Assembly (NCBI GenBank): GCA_034520565.1
Contig: JAXHNL010000002.1
Coordinates: 448,001-512,000 of the forward strand
Origin: Halodesulfurarchaeum sp.
GTDB lineage: Archaea > Halobacteriota > Halobacteria > Halobacteriales > Halobacteriaceae
DNA length: 64,000 nucleotides
Reading direction: 5' to 3'
The position numbers were made by a program, and so were the translations under genes. A model generated the notes under the pieces. It saw only the letters and a list, made by a program, of their open reading frames with translations. It was not told where the DNA came from and did no database searches. Shown piece after piece: positions 39,287-50,286 of this stretch (position 1 is the first letter of the stretch; every line of letters starts with the position of its first letter).

Positions 39287-40181
39287 CTACACCGGCGGTT
39301 TCCGGCCCCGAATGAGTGCCGAATGCAGGAGGTTCCTGGCGTCCGGGGCGTCGTACATTACGTCGATGATCACCTCGCTATTTTCCTTCGGACGAACCGT
39401 CACGGACTCGAAACCAGCCTCCGTGAGCAGCTCGTCCAATCGCTCGATCGTCGCCGCACCGGAGATGCAACTCGCGTACTGTTCGAGATCCGTTTGGTCG
39501 AGTTCGGCCTGGCCCCGCTCGGTCATCGCGACGTCCGAAATCGCCAGCCGTCCCCCCGGTTTGAGGACCCGAAAGGCATCCGCGAAGACCTGTTCTTTGG
39601 ACGGGGAGAGGTTGATCACGCAGTTCGAGATGATCGCGTCCACCGAGTTGTCCGCGACCGGCAGGTGTTCGATCTCGCCGAGCCGGAACTCCACGTGTTC
39701 GAGATCCGAGCGCTCCGCGTTCCGCCGGGACCGTCTCGACCATCTCGGGAGTCATGTCCACGCCGATGACCTGGCCCGCGGGCCCGACTTCCTGGGCGGC
39801 GAGGAAGCAGTCGAATCCGCCGCCGGAGCCGAGATCCAGCACGGTTTCCCCCGGCTCGAGTTCGGCGATCGCGGTGGGATTGCCACAGCCCAATCCGAGA
39901 TTCGCCCCCTCGGGGACCGTCTCGAGGCCGGCCGGGTCGTAGCCGAGGGTTTCGCTGAAGTCGGTGGCCGGCTCGTTCCCGCAGCAGGACGACTCCTCCG
40001 CGGTTTCGGAGCCGCCACAGCACCCGTCCGCTTCGCCGGTCACGTCACCCTCCCGGTCCGCCGACCCGTCTGCGGCCGCGATCGAGCCGTACCGTTCCCG
40101 GACGACAGCTCTGGTTTCTTCGGCGGTCCCAGAGGAGTCGCCGCCGTCCCGGTCGGCGGCCGTTTCCTCGGCCACGATCAC
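39287..40181 (-). CDS. arsM: Arsenite S-adenosylmethionine methyltransferase, apparent +1 frameshift near 39730
   Basis: [29 protein letters not shown], then [10 protein letters not shown] and SCISGA in next frame; N-terminal CC pairs. Confidence 0.9.
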
Positions 40182-40558
40182 GCACCTCCGAGCGCGTCGA
40201 GGGTCGAAAGCAGTCGCTCCGCTCGATCCGTTGTCGAGTAGTACCGCCAGCGACCGTCCTTTCGACGATCCACGAGCTCGGCCTCGTACAGTCGCTTCAG
40301 CGCCCGGCTGGCCGTACTCTGATCCACCGCGAGTTCGGGCTCGAGGTCACAGGCACAGACCGGCCCGGAAGCCCCCGAGAGGAGCCGAAGGACCGTATAC
40401 CGGGTCTCGTTACCCATCGCGGCGAGCAGTTGGACGTCCCGTTCGATCCGATAATCGGACAGGTCATGTCCCACGGCGGTGCAGCACGCGTCGTCTCGAC
40501 GTGGCGAGGTTGCCTCCCTGTCGCCGGTTTCAGCTCCCGACCGCGGGCCCATATTCAT
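40178..40558 (-). CDS. arsR: ArsR/SmtB-family repressor
   Basis: [34 protein letters not shown]; overlaps the arsM start. Confidence 0.9.
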   Translation of the reverse strand: MNMGPRSGAETGDREATSPRRDDACCTAVGHDLSDYRIERDVQLLAAMGNETRYTVLRLLSGASGPVCACDLEPELAVDQSTASRALKRLYEAELVDRRKDGRWRYYSTTDRAERLLSTLDALGGA

Positions 40559-40580
40559 ATATGTGCAAATAGGACATCTA
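40558..40580. promoter_or_regulatory. Candidate ArsR operator
   Basis: Imperfect inverted repeat TATATGT-N9-ACATCTA abutting the arsR start. Confidence 0.4.
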
Positions 40581-40671
40581 AAGGAAAAGGGTACCGATCG
40601 ACGATTCGCCACAATGCTCGCTTCGACTCCCTCGACGACCGAAAAGACGACGGCCAGGTGCCACCGGAAAG

Positions 40672-41052
40672 CTACCCGTTCGGGTCCAACCGACCGCTAC
40701 ACCGGTCCCCATAGTCGACCTCGAAGCCGGCCTGTCGGTAAAACGGGGCCAGTTCCCGATCGAAACTGGCCGTCAGCCGCCCCCATCGCGTGCCCGCTTC
40801 CCTGATCAACACCGTCCCGATCCCCTGGCCTCGCCGCCCGGGACGCACCGCGATCGGTTCGATCCGAACGTCCCGTTCGCGTGGGCGACCGACGAGGGCA
40901 GCGAGGACTGTCCCTCGCTTCGAACGGGCCACGAGCACCTCGCTCCGATCGATGTGCGCGTCGACCGTCTCGGCGGACACCTCGAGGTCGGCCCCGTCGA
41001 ACACGTTCATCACCGCCGCGAGGTCCTCGGGCCCGGCTTCCTCGACGATCAT
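40672..41052 (-). CDS. GNAT-family acetyltransferase
   Basis: IAVRPGRRGQGIGT acetyl-CoA motif, FYRQAGF. Confidence 0.88.
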   Translation of the reverse strand: MIVEEAGPEDLAAVMNVFDGADLEVSAETVDAHIDRSEVLVARSKRGTVLAALVGRPRERDVRIEPIAVRPGRRGQGIGTVLIREAGTRWGRLTASFDRELAPFYRQAGFEVDYGDRCSGRLDPNG

Positions 41053-41246
41053 CCGCCCTGGACGAGTCGCACGACCTGCACCTCGCGCTCGGTGACGGGC
41101 TCGTCGGCGGGTTTCGGCCGGCCGTCGACGAAGACGCTCGCCTCGTGGGGGCTCAGGTCGACGGCCGCGAGGAGGTCCCCGTAGGTCCCCTCCTCGATCG
41201 AGACCTCCTCGCTTCGGTCGCCGACCACGTCGACGGTCACGCGCAT
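41049..41246 (-). CDS. samp2: Ubiquitin-like small archaeal modifier protein SAMP2
   Basis: 65-aa beta-grasp MRVTVDVVG...TYGDLL...VDGRP...RLVQGG with C-terminal GG. Confidence 0.88.
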   Translation of the reverse strand: MRVTVDVVGDRSEEVSIEEGTYGDLLAAVDLSPHEASVFVDGRPKPADEPVTEREVQVVRLVQGG

Positions 41247-41329
41247 CGTTCGGCCGGTGCTACCGGTCGAATGGGCATGAGCGTGTCGCAGCAGTCCGAA
41301 AACAAACAGCTGGCTGTCGCAAATCCGAC

Positions 41330-42511
41330 TCAGACCGGGGACGTCGACTCCGATCCCTCCGTGACCGTCGTCGGGGTCGCCCCCGAGCCGCGGCGGCGGT
41401 ACGCCCCCCGGATCGCGCTGACGAGCCCGCCGAGGCCCACCAGCAGGGCACTGAAAACGAGCAACCCGCCGACGACAGGGATCGCCCCGAGGACCGCAAA
41501 GAGGACCAGGCCGAGCCCCAGCGCGTACCACCGGTTCGGCTCCTCGCTCCGGCGGCCGAGGAGCCAGCGACCGACCGCGTACTCGCCGTAGACGACACCC
41601 ACCCAGAGGACGAAGAGATACCCGAACAATCCGAGGATTGCGAGTGGAATGCCCACGATCGTAACGGCAACGAGCGCGAGCAGGAACGGGATGCCGATCA
41701 GGGCAAGCAGGCCAACGAGGACGGACCACCCGGGCGAGGCGGCCGCTCGATCGGCCACCCGGTTCGAGAAGTCTGGGAGGACCAGGAGGAGCACCGCGCC
41801 GAGGAGCAAGTTGGCGAAGAGACCGTACACGGCGTTCAGCCAGCCCCCGCCGAAGAAGAACCACGAGTGTCCGGACACCCCCACGGGACCGAAGCCGCCG
41901 ATGGAGCTGTCCTGGACGATTGGACCGTCGACGACGGCGCCGGACTCCTGTGTGAGCGCCCCGTCATAGCGGAGTTCGCCCCCGATCCGGGCGGCCGAGC
42001 CGAGCGCGATCGTGTCTGCGCCGATGGTCGCGTCTCCGGCGACCTGGCCCTCGACGGTCACCGTTCCAGCCCCGACCGAGAAGGCATCGCCGACGCTGCC
42101 CGTGCGGGCGAGCGTGACGACGCCTGCGCCGGCGGACACGCTCCCCTCGACCGTCCCGGCGATTCGCAGCGACCCGGTTGCGACGCTCACGTCACCCGTC
42201 ACGACCCCAGACTCGGCGATGACGACGTCGCCGGCGAAGCCGTTCAAATCGCCCGCGACGGTGCCCCGGATGACGACCGTCCCGGCCATCACGTCCAGGC
42301 CGTTGACGGTCTCACCCTCGGCCACGACGGCACTGCCGGTCATCGAGGTGGCCCCGAGGCCACCGCCGGCCGATCCGGCGAGGGCGACGGTTGGTCCCGA
42401 GGCGAGCACGAGGAGGGCGACGAGTGCGAGGACGAAATACCGGGCTTGCTCGGGGACGGCACGTTCATGGCCCGCAATTGGTTCGGGTGACTGATGAATA
42501 TTCGCTGACAT
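41330..42511 (-). CDS. Bactofilin-like (polymer-forming) beta-helix membrane protein
   Basis: Signal/TM segment, repeated GxVxGD/AGxVxI turns, multi-TM C-terminus; start uncertain. Confidence 0.75.
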   Translation of the reverse strand: MSANIHQSPEPIAGHERAVPEQARYFVLALVALLVLASGPTVALAGSAGGGLGATSMTGSAVVAEGETVNGLDVMAGTVVIRGTVAGDLNGFAGDVVIAESGVVTGDVSVATGSLRIAGTVEGSVSAGAGVVTLARTGSVGDAFSVGAGTVTVEGQVAGDATIGADTIALGSAARIGGELRYDGALTQESGAVVDGPIVQDSSIGGFGPVGVSGHSWFFFGGGWLNAVYGLFANLLLGAVLLLVLPDFSNRVADRAAASPGWSVLVGLLALIGIPFLLALVAVTIVGIPLAILGLFGYLFVLWVGVVYGEYAVGRWLLGRRSEEPNRWYALGLGLVLFAVLGAIPVVGGLLVFSALLVGLGGLVSAIRGAYRRRGSGATPTTVTEGSESTSPV

Positions 42512-42642
42512 GAAATGGCACTGCAGCCGGAGGATTTGCCCTCGACGGGTTTCGAATCCGGAGCGCGCCGTGCCGGATACGAATTTTGCAGCGAAAGCAC
42601 TGTCTCGGGGACTTTAAGGCCGGGACGGGCCTCCCGTCTACC

Positions 42643-43617
42643 ATGACAGCTTCCGCGGCCGGGCGCCAGGAGATCTGGGTCGAGAAGTACCGACCCGAGC
42701 GCCTCGAGGACGTCGTCGGGCACGAGGCCATCATCTCGCGGGTGAAAAGTTACGTCGAGCGAGACGACGTCCCTAACCTGCTCTTTGCCGGGCCGGCGGG
42801 CACCGGGAAGACGGCCACATCCCAGGCCATCGCCAAGGAGCTCTACGGCGAGGACTGGCAGGAGAACTTCCTCGAACTCAACGCTTCCGACGAGCGCGGG
42901 ATCGACGTCGTCCGCGAGCGGATCAAGGACTTCGCCCGGACCTCCTTTGGCGGCTACAACTACCGGATCATCTTTCTCGACGAGGCAGACGCACTCACGT
43001 CTGACGCGCAATCCGCGCTTCGCCGGACGATGGAGCAGTTCTCGAAGAACACCCGATTCGTCCTCTCCTGTAACTACTCCTCGAAGATCATCGACCCGAT
43101 CCAGTCCCGCACCGCCGTCTTCCGGTTCTCCCCGATCGCCGACGAGGACGTGACCGACCGAGTCCGGGACATCGCCGAAACCGAGGGGCTCGAGTACACC
43201 GAGGACGGCCTCGACGCCCTGGCCTACGCGGCGGACGGTGACATGCGCCGGGCGATCAACGCCCTCCAGGCCGCGGCGGCCGCCGGCGGGGTGGTCGATG
43301 AGGAAAGCGTCTACGCCATCACGAGCACCGCCCGACCGGAGGAGATCGAGGAGATGATCGAGCGGGCCCTCGATGGTGACTTCACGGGCGCCCGCGCCCA
43401 CCTCGTTGATCTGATCACTGAGCGCGGACTCGCCGGCGGGGACATCATCGATCAACTTCACCGGTCGGTCTGGGAGTTCGACCTCGACGAGGAGGCCGCC
43501 GTCCACCTCATGGACCGCCTGGGAGAGGCCGACTACCGGATCAGCGAAGGAGCAAACGAACAGGTCCAACTCGAGGCGCTGCTCGCGTCGGTCGCGCTCG
43601 CCGCCAAAGACGACTAA
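42643..43617 (+). CDS. rfcS: Replication factor C small subunit
   Basis: [47 protein letters not shown]; no intein. Confidence 0.97.
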   Translation: MTASAAGRQEIWVEKYRPERLEDVVGHEAIISRVKSYVERDDVPNLLFAGPAGTGKTATSQAIAKELYGEDWQENFLELNASDERGIDVVRERIKDFARTSFGGYNYRIIFLDEADALTSDAQSALRRTMEQFSKNTRFVLSCNYSSKIIDPIQSRTAVFRFSPIADEDVTDRVRDIAETEGLEYTEDGLDALAYAADGDMRRAINALQAAAAAGGVVDEESVYAITSTARPEEIEEMIERALDGDFTGARAHLVDLITERGLAGGDIIDQLHRSVWEFDLDEEAAVHLMDRLGEADYRISEGANEQVQLEALLASVALAAKDD

Positions 43618-43684
43618 GACGGGCAGTTCGACCCGCTCCGGTGTCCCGGAACTGTTTTAGCCCCGCATCGGCCACTACCCTGCA

Positions 43685-46464
43685 ATGAGCGACCTCGAAG
43701 ACGCCTACCGCCTCGAATACTTCGAGACGGAGGACTTCGTTCGGAAGGAGTGTACGGAGTGTGGCTCCTTCTTCTGGACACGGGATCCCGACCGGGCGAC
43801 CTGTGGGGAACCCCCGTGTGACGAGTACGAGTTCATCGACACACCCGGGCTTCGACCGAGGAGTACACCCTCGAGGAGATGCGCGAGGCGTTCCTCTCCT
43901 TCTTCGAGGCCCACGACCACGAGCGGATCGACCCGTATCCGGTCGCGGCGAACCGGTGGCGGGACGACGTCCTGCTCACCCAGGCCTCGATTTACGACTT
44001 CCAGCCGCTCGTCACGTGCGGGCCAGACGCCGCCGCCGGCCGAACCCGCTGACGCATCTGCCAGCCCTGCATCCGGATGCAGGACATCGACAACGTGGGC
44101 AAGACCGGGCGCCACACGATGGCCTTCGAGATGATGGCCCACCACGCGTTCAACGCCCGCGAGGACGCCGAGGACCGAGTACGCCTACGAGGGCGAGGTG
44201 TACTGGAAGGACGAGACCGTCGAGCTCTGCGATGAGCTTCTTCGAGCGAACTGGGCGTCGACCTCGCGGAGATCACCTACATCGAGGACCCGTGGGTCGG
44301 CGGCGGGAACGCCGGCCCGGCGTTCGAGGTGCTCTACCGCGGGGCCGAACTCGCCACGCTCGTCTTCATGTCGATGGAGCAGGACCCGGACGGCGAGTAC
44401 GAGATGAAGGACGGGAACCGCTACAGCCCGATGGACACCTACATCGTCGACACCGGCTACGGGCTCGAGCGGTGGACCTGGGTGAGCCAGGGTACGCCGA
44501 CCGTCTACGAGGCAGTCTACCCCGAGATGATCGCGTTCCTCAAGGAGGCCGCGGGGATCGACCTGACCGAGGAAGAAGAGACCCTGATCCACCGGGCGGC
44601 AAAGCTCTCGGGGCGACTCGATATCGACGAGGCCGATGACGTCTCCGCGGCCCGAAAGACCATCGCCGAGGAACTCGGCGTCGATGCGGCGTACATCGAC
44701 GAACTCGTGTCGCCCCTCGAGGACATCTACGCCATCGCGGACCACGCCCGCACGCTCGCGTACATGTTCGGGGACGGTATCGTGCCGTCGAACGTGGGCA
44801 CCGGCTACCTGGCGCGGATGGTTCTCCGCCGAACCAAGCGGCTGGTCGACGAACTCGGCGTCGAGACGCCCATCGAAGACCTCGTCGATATGCAGGCCGA
44901 GCGACTGGGCTATGCGGACCGAAAAACGATCGCGGACATCGTTCGCTCGGAGGTCGAGAAGTACGAGGAGACCCTCGAACGGGGCGGTCGCCGGGTCAGA
45001 CAGATCGCCGAGGACCACGCCACACGAGACGAGGCGATCCCCGAGTCGACGCTCGTCGAACTCTACGACTCCCACGGCATCCAGCCGGACATGGTCGAGG
45101 AGATCGCCGCCGAGTACGGCGTCGACGTGGCAGTCCCGGAGAACTTCTACGGCCTCGTCGCGGCCCGCCACGACACCGGCACCACCGAGACGGCCCGGGC
45201 GGGCCAGGACGAGCGCTTTACCGACCTCCCCGAGACCGAACGCCTGTACTACGACGACGCCTATCGCACCGAGTTCGAGGCGATCGTCCTCGACGTCTTC
45301 GAACACGAGGAGGGCTACGACGTGGTCCTCGACCAGACGATGTTCTACCCGGAAGGCGGGGGCCAACCCGCCGACTACGGGACGCTCTCGACCGGAGAGC
45401 GGACCGTCGAGGTGAAAGACGTCCAGATCGAGGACGGCGTGATCCGTCACCATACCGACGCGGACCCGGGCAAAGGCGAGTTCGTGACCGGCCAGATCGA
45501 CGTCGAACGCCGACGGCGGCTCATGCGCCACCACACGGCCACCCACGTCGTCATCGACGCGGCCCGCTCGGTGCTCGGCGATCACGTCCGCCAGGCCGGC
45601 GCCCAGAAGGGGACCAGTTCCTCCCGGATCGACATCCGGCATTACGAGCGCCTGGATCGGGCGACCGTCGAGGAGATCGAGCGCTGGGCGAACGAGACAG
45701 TGATGGCCGACCTCCACGTCCACCAGGAGTGGCCCAACCGCCACGAGGCAGAGGAAACCTACGGCTTTGACCTCTATCAGGGAGGGATTCCGCCCGGGAA
45801 GAACATCCGGCTGATCCACGTCGGCGAGGACGTCCAGGCCTGCGGTGGCACCCACGTCGCCCGCACGGGCGAGATCGGGTCGATCAAGATCCTCTCCACG
45901 GAGCGGGTGCAGGACGGCGTCGAACGACTCACCTTCGCCGCGGGCGAGGCCGCCGTCGAGCACGTCCAGTCGATGGAGCGGAACCTGCAGGTGGCCGCCG
46001 AGACCTTCGACGTCACCCCCCAGGAGGTCCCGGAGACGGCGAATCGCTTTTTCGAGGAGTGGAAAGAACGGGGCAAGCAGATCGATCGGCTGAAAGACCA
46101 GCTCGCCGAGGCCCGAGCGTCCGGAGAGTCGACGGGCGAACTGGTCGAGATCGGCGACTGGGAGGCTGTCGTCAAACGGCTCGACGTCGACATGGACGAA
46201 CTCCGCGCCACGGCCAACGCGATCGGCGAGGAGGGCACCGTCGCTGTCGTGGGAAGCGGCGTCGACGGGGCACAGTTCGTCGTCGCCGCGCCAGAAGGCG
46301 CCCCAGTTGACGCAGGTACCCTCGTCGCGGAGCTGGCCAGCCGGGTCGGCGGCGGTGGCGGCGGCCCCCCGGACTTCGCGCAGGGTGGCGGCCCGAACGT
46401 GGACGCGTTGGACGATACACTCGACGCCGTCCCGGAACTTCTCAAAGCGAGCGTCGAAGCCTGA
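43685..46464 (+). CDS. alaS: Alanine--tRNA ligase; several apparent indels in about 43850-44270
   Basis: [57 protein letters not shown] and [13 protein letters not shown], split across frames. Confidence 0.95.
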
Positions 46465-46482
46465 GAAAAAGCGGCGGGCCCT

Positions 46483-46641
46483 TCAGGCCCGGTCGATGTC
46501 CAGTTCCTCCTGAAGCGCCTCGAAAGACGACTCCGAGAGTTCGGTCAGCCGCTCGCGGAAGTGATCCTCGCAGAGCCCGACACGTACGCCGTCGGTTTCG
46601 GCGACGACGTCGGCAGTCCGCCCACAGTAATGACACTCCAT
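46483..46641 (-). CDS. Small zinc-finger protein (DUF6757-like)
   Basis: MECHYCG...VGLCEDHFRERL, 52 aa. Confidence 0.75.
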   Translation of the reverse strand: MECHYCGRTADVVAETDGVRVGLCEDHFRERLTELSESSFEALQEELDIDRA

Positions 46642-46673
46642 GTGAGTGCCTTCTCGCCCGACCACCCTGAACG

Positions 46674-47483
46674 TCACGGCTCCGGCGAAAGCGCGGCCTC
46701 GAACTCGCGGTACTCGTCCGGGTCGAGACCGGCCGCACCGAGTTCGGTGCCGTGGGCGTCGCTCCCGCCCGTCAGGAGCAGATCGTACTCGGCGATCGTC
46801 GATTCCAAAAGCGACTCGTCCACGATCGGTTCGCCGGTGACCGGGCGGTCGTAGGGATAGTACCGCTCCACGGCGTCGAGCGCGGCACAACGCTCGAGTG
46901 CGGCCGCTGGATCCGAGTAGCGAAACGGATGGGCGAGACCGACGACCTGGGCGGCTTCCGTGAGGAGGGCAACCCCGCGCTCGAACGTGGGAACGTCGCG
47001 GGAGACAAAGCAGGGCCGGCCGTCGCCAATGAGATCCTCGAATACCGCCTCGATCGATTCGTACGCCGTCTCCGGGTGGGCCACGACCGCCCGGGCGATG
47101 TGGGGACGACCGGTCCGTTCGCCGATCGAAATGTCGAGTTCGACCCCGAGTTCGGCCTCCAGACACGACACGATTTCCCGTCCACGCCGCACTCGATCCG
47201 CCCCGATTCGCTCGGTTTCGACGCGCAATTCGGGGGTCGGTTCCAGCCCGTACCCGAGCAAGTCCACCCGCTGGACCGGCGTTTCGACCCGGAGTTCGAT
47301 CCCGTGGACCACGGTGATCCCGTCCAGTTCGACGACCGGGGCCTCGAGGACCGGGTGGACCCGGTCGTGGTCGGTGACGGCAACGACCGCGAGGTCGGCG
47401 GCTCGGGCGGCCGGCGGAATCTCGTCGATGGAGAGCTGCCCGTCCGAGTTCCGCGTGTGGACGTGCAGGTCCGCATAGACCAT
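46674..47483 (-). CDS. PHP-domain phosphoesterase
   Basis: DLHVHT..SDG, VTDHD, GIEL, GRPHIA, LAHP, GGSDAHG. Confidence 0.92.
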   Translation of the reverse strand: MVYADLHVHTRNSDGQLSIDEIPPAARAADLAVVAVTDHDRVHPVLEAPVVELDGITVVHGIELRVETPVQRVDLLGYGLEPTPELRVETERIGADRVRRGREIVSCLEAELGVELDISIGERTGRPHIARAVVAHPETAYESIEAVFEDLIGDGRPCFVSRDVPTFERGVALLTEAAQVVGLAHPFRYSDPAAALERCAALDAVERYYPYDRPVTGEPIVDESLLESTIAEYDLLLTGGSDAHGTELGAAGLDPDEYREFEAALSPEP

Positions 47484-47579
47484 ACCTGAGCGGGAACGGC
47501 CGGCCCCAAACCACTTTCGCCGGGCCGAAATCGGCGATACATTGATAACAATACCCACACAAGATACGGAATACCTCTC

Positions 47580-47753
47580 ATGTCACTGGGATCTTACGAC
47601 GAACAGGAGCACGAGCGCCGAGAGCGGAAGAATTCGAGCCTCGATCTCTCCGAGGACGACACCCGATCGAGCTACCAGGGGTCCGTGGAGTTCGATTCGG
47701 GGGAGTCCGCCGAGGATCTCCTCGACCAGTTCCACGAGATCACCGACCAGTGA
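47580..47753 (+). CDS. Small acidic protein (DUF5786-like), absent from ORF track
   Basis: MSLGSYDEQEHERRERK...YQGSVEFDSGESAEDLLDQFHEI, 57 aa; AT-rich promoter upstream. Confidence 0.75.
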   Translation: MSLGSYDEQEHERRERKNSSLDLSEDDTRSSYQGSVEFDSGESAEDLLDQFHEITDQ

Positions 47754-47808
47754 GTCGACCGATTCGGCGAGTCCACGGTGGGTTTCGGTTCGGTCGCGTC
47801 GATCGACC

Positions 47809-48015
47809 ATGACCGACAGATGTGACGGCTGTGGCAGCGAGATCCCGGTGGCCGGTGGCATCGCGAACTTCTGGCCGATGGATTCGACCGAGACCGGCGG
47901 TATGACCCTCGAACTCGTCGACGGCTCGGAGCACGACCTCTGTTTTGACTGTATCGAGGCGCTCCCGGAGGACGCCACCGCGACGGACGTCGCCGCCCTC
48001 GATGGCGAGAAATAG
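47809..48015 (+). CDS. Small CxxC zinc-binding protein
   Basis: MTDRCDGCG...GGIANFW...HDLCFDCIEALP. Confidence 0.75.
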   Translation: MTDRCDGCGSEIPVAGGIANFWPMDSTETGGMTLELVDGSEHDLCFDCIEALPEDATATDVAALDGEK

Positions 48016-48038
48016 TCGGGAACCGGGCCAGCGGAACG

Positions 48039-48122
48039 TTACAGGAAGGAAACGCCATAGAGGATTGCAGAGCCGAGCATCAGGAAGACCAGGAACAGCG
48101 CCATGAGTTGTTGGCGATCCAT
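48039..48122 (-). CDS. 27-aa single-TM microprotein
   Basis: MDRQQLMALFLVFLMLGSAILYGVSFL*; fills an otherwise empty gap. Confidence 0.6.
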   Translation of the reverse strand: MDRQQLMALFLVFLMLGSAILYGVSFL

Positions 48123-48178
48123 ACCCGCGTTCCGGTCTGCAGGAATTTAGCGGTTTGGTCCGGCTGCACGGGCCGTGG

Positions 48179-49198
48179 TCAATCCACGACGGCATCGAGG
48201 ACCACGTGGGCGACGCCCTCGCTGTGGGACTTGATCCGGTGGCGATCGACCGACCTGACGGTCCGGTCGGCAGCCTCGACAGCCGCTTTCAGCCGATCGA
48301 CGGGTCGATCCCAGAGCAGGGCTTCGGGGGTCGCCTCGTGCATGTGCACGGTTCCCCCGGGTTCCAGAGCCGCGAGCGCGGGTTCGAGGTACTCGTGGGC
48401 GTCGTAGTAGCCCATCACCACCCGGTCGTAGCGGTCCCCGGCCTCGACGCGGAGCGGGACGGTCTCTCGGCAATCGCCGAGAAAGAGCGAGACTCGATCC
48501 TCGACCTCGTTGAGCCGGGCGTTCTCAGTAAGGAACTGGAAGGCGACCGGGTTCTTCTCGATCGCGGTGACCGTCGCGCCGGCCCGTGCCATGGGCAACG
48601 TGAAGTAGCCGATCCCGGCGAACATGTCGAGGACCAGCTCCCCGTCCCCGACGATCTCCCCCATCCGAGCCCGTTCGGCCTTGTTCCCCGGGGCGAACAT
48701 CACCCGCGAGAGGTCCATCGCGTAGTGGGTGCCGTGCTCGGTGTGGACCGTTTCGGTGTCGCCCTCGCCGGCGACGACCTCGACTGCGGGTTCGCGGTGC
48801 TCGCCGGAAACCCCGCCGCGAGCGAGGACCGTGTCGGCCCCGCGATGGAGTTCGAGAAGGGCCTCCCCCACCGCTTCGCGGCGCTCACAGTCGTCAAAGC
48901 GCACGAGGATCACGCTCCCGATGACCGCCCACGAGCCCGGGGCGCGCTCGATTTCGGCCGCCGAGAACCCGCGTTCGCGGAGCAGCGTCGAGAGGTCGGT
49001 TACCCGCGGTTCGGGGTCGACCTGCTCGATCACGTCCCGTACCCGGGTGTCCCGTGGCGGCTCGGTGACCGGGATCGCGACCGTCTCGTCGTCGTACTCC
49101 ACGAGTCGACGGCTGTCGTCGTGGACCCCCTCCTCGCGGAGCGAGGCGATCGCCACGTCGACGTCGGGTTTGGCCACGAGGGCGGCGAGGACGTTCAT
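48179..49198 (-). CDS. Trm5/Taw2-family tRNA SAM-dependent transferase
   Basis: SRVMFAPGNKAER, DMFAGIGYF, IEKNP, DRVVMGY. Confidence 0.85.
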   Translation of the reverse strand: MNVLAALVAKPDVDVAIASLREEGVHDDSRRLVEYDDETVAIPVTEPPRDTRVRDVIEQVDPEPRVTDLSTLLRERGFSAAEIERAPGSWAVIGSVILVRFDDCERREAVGEALLELHRGADTVLARGGVSGEHREPAVEVVAGEGDTETVHTEHGTHYAMDLSRVMFAPGNKAERARMGEIVGDGELVLDMFAGIGYFTLPMARAGATVTAIEKNPVAFQFLTENARLNEVEDRVSLFLGDCRETVPLRVEAGDRYDRVVMGYYDAHEYLEPALAALEPGGTVHMHEATPEALLWDRPVDRLKAAVEAADRTVRSVDRHRIKSHSEGVAHVVLDAVVD

Positions 49199-50286
49199 GA
49201 CTCGGGAAGCACGTAGAGGGTTTCGGCTGTTCGAAACACGTCGACGGTCGCCACGTCGGGGTCGAAGTAGGTGGGGCGGGCCACCGTGCGCGTCACGCTC
49301 GTTTTCGGATCGAGAACCTGCACGGCGTGCTCGTCCGGGACCGAGACGACCGCCGTTTCCCTGGCTTCGTCACGTGAGCCCACCTTCGTGGCTCCCGGGA
49401 CGGTCCCGTCCTCGAAGTTCGTCTCGAACGGGTCGCCGGTCTCGACGTCGACCCCCTTGAGATTGCCGCGGACGCCTTCCACGAGCACCGGCCCCTCGGC
49501 CGCCGGGACCTCAATGATGTCCCCCGGTCGGAAGGCCGGCAGGCGAACGGCGTAGGTCACGCGGTAGACCTCGTTCCCGTCCCTGTCCTCGGTAACCAGT
49601 GTCTCGGAGTCGGACATCGAGCCCCCGAACTCCTCGATCAGCTTCATCGCCACCCGTCGCCCGAGCTTCGTCGTCGAGAGTTTGATGTCCGGGCCGTGGC
49701 CCTCGTCGGTGACCTCGGTCACGAAGGCCTCCCGGTCGCCCTTCGCCTCCATCTCCTCGGTGAGCTGGTGGGCGATCTCGACGGCCCGGTCGGCCTCCTC
49801 CTGACGGGGGTGCCGGTCGCTGGCGCGAACCTGGACGACACTCGCATAGGAGTTGCCGGCGATGCGACCACACCGCCGACAGGTGCCCCGGCCGATCGAG
49901 ACCCGGATGGGCTGTTCGACGTCGATCGGCCGGTCCCGGACGGTGGCCAAAAAGGTGGCGTGCAGCACGATCGTGTTCCGGTCGATCTGTTCGGGCTCGA
50001 CCGTCCAGGAGAAGTCCTCGGCGTCCCGATGGGCTTTGACCGCCTCGGTGGCCTCCTCGATGGCCACCTCGGTGAGGTCGCGAGCGCCCACATCGACCCA
50101 CTGGTCGCCCCGCTTGACCGCTCCGCAGCGGGCACAGACGGTAACCTCGACCGTCTCGGGGGCGTCGAGCAGTTCGAAGTCCTCGAGATAGCAGTCGGTG
50201 CAGAGCCCCCGCTCGGTCTCCCCCACGATATCGGGGTCGACGGGATCGCCACACCGGGGACAGAAGGTCCCGGAATCCGTCGTCAT
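49195..50286 (-). CDS. NMD3-family ribosome biogenesis protein
   Basis: FCPRCG, LCTDC, CARCG and CRRC zinc motifs, YASVVQVR, YRVTYAVRLP. Confidence 0.9.
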   Translation of the reverse strand: MTTDSGTFCPRCGDPVDPDIVGETERGLCTDCYLEDFELLDAPETVEVTVCARCGAVKRGDQWVDVGARDLTEVAIEEATEAVKAHRDAEDFSWTVEPEQIDRNTIVLHATFLATVRDRPIDVEQPIRVSIGRGTCRRCGRIAGNSYASVVQVRASDRHPRQEEADRAVEIAHQLTEEMEAKGDREAFVTEVTDEGHGPDIKLSTTKLGRRVAMKLIEEFGGSMSDSETLVTEDRDGNEVYRVTYAVRLPAFRPGDIIEVPAAEGPVLVEGVRGNLKGVDVETGDPFETNFEDGTVPGATKVGSRDEARETAVVSVPDEHAVQVLDPKTSVTRTVARPTYFDPDVATVDVFRTAETLYVLPES

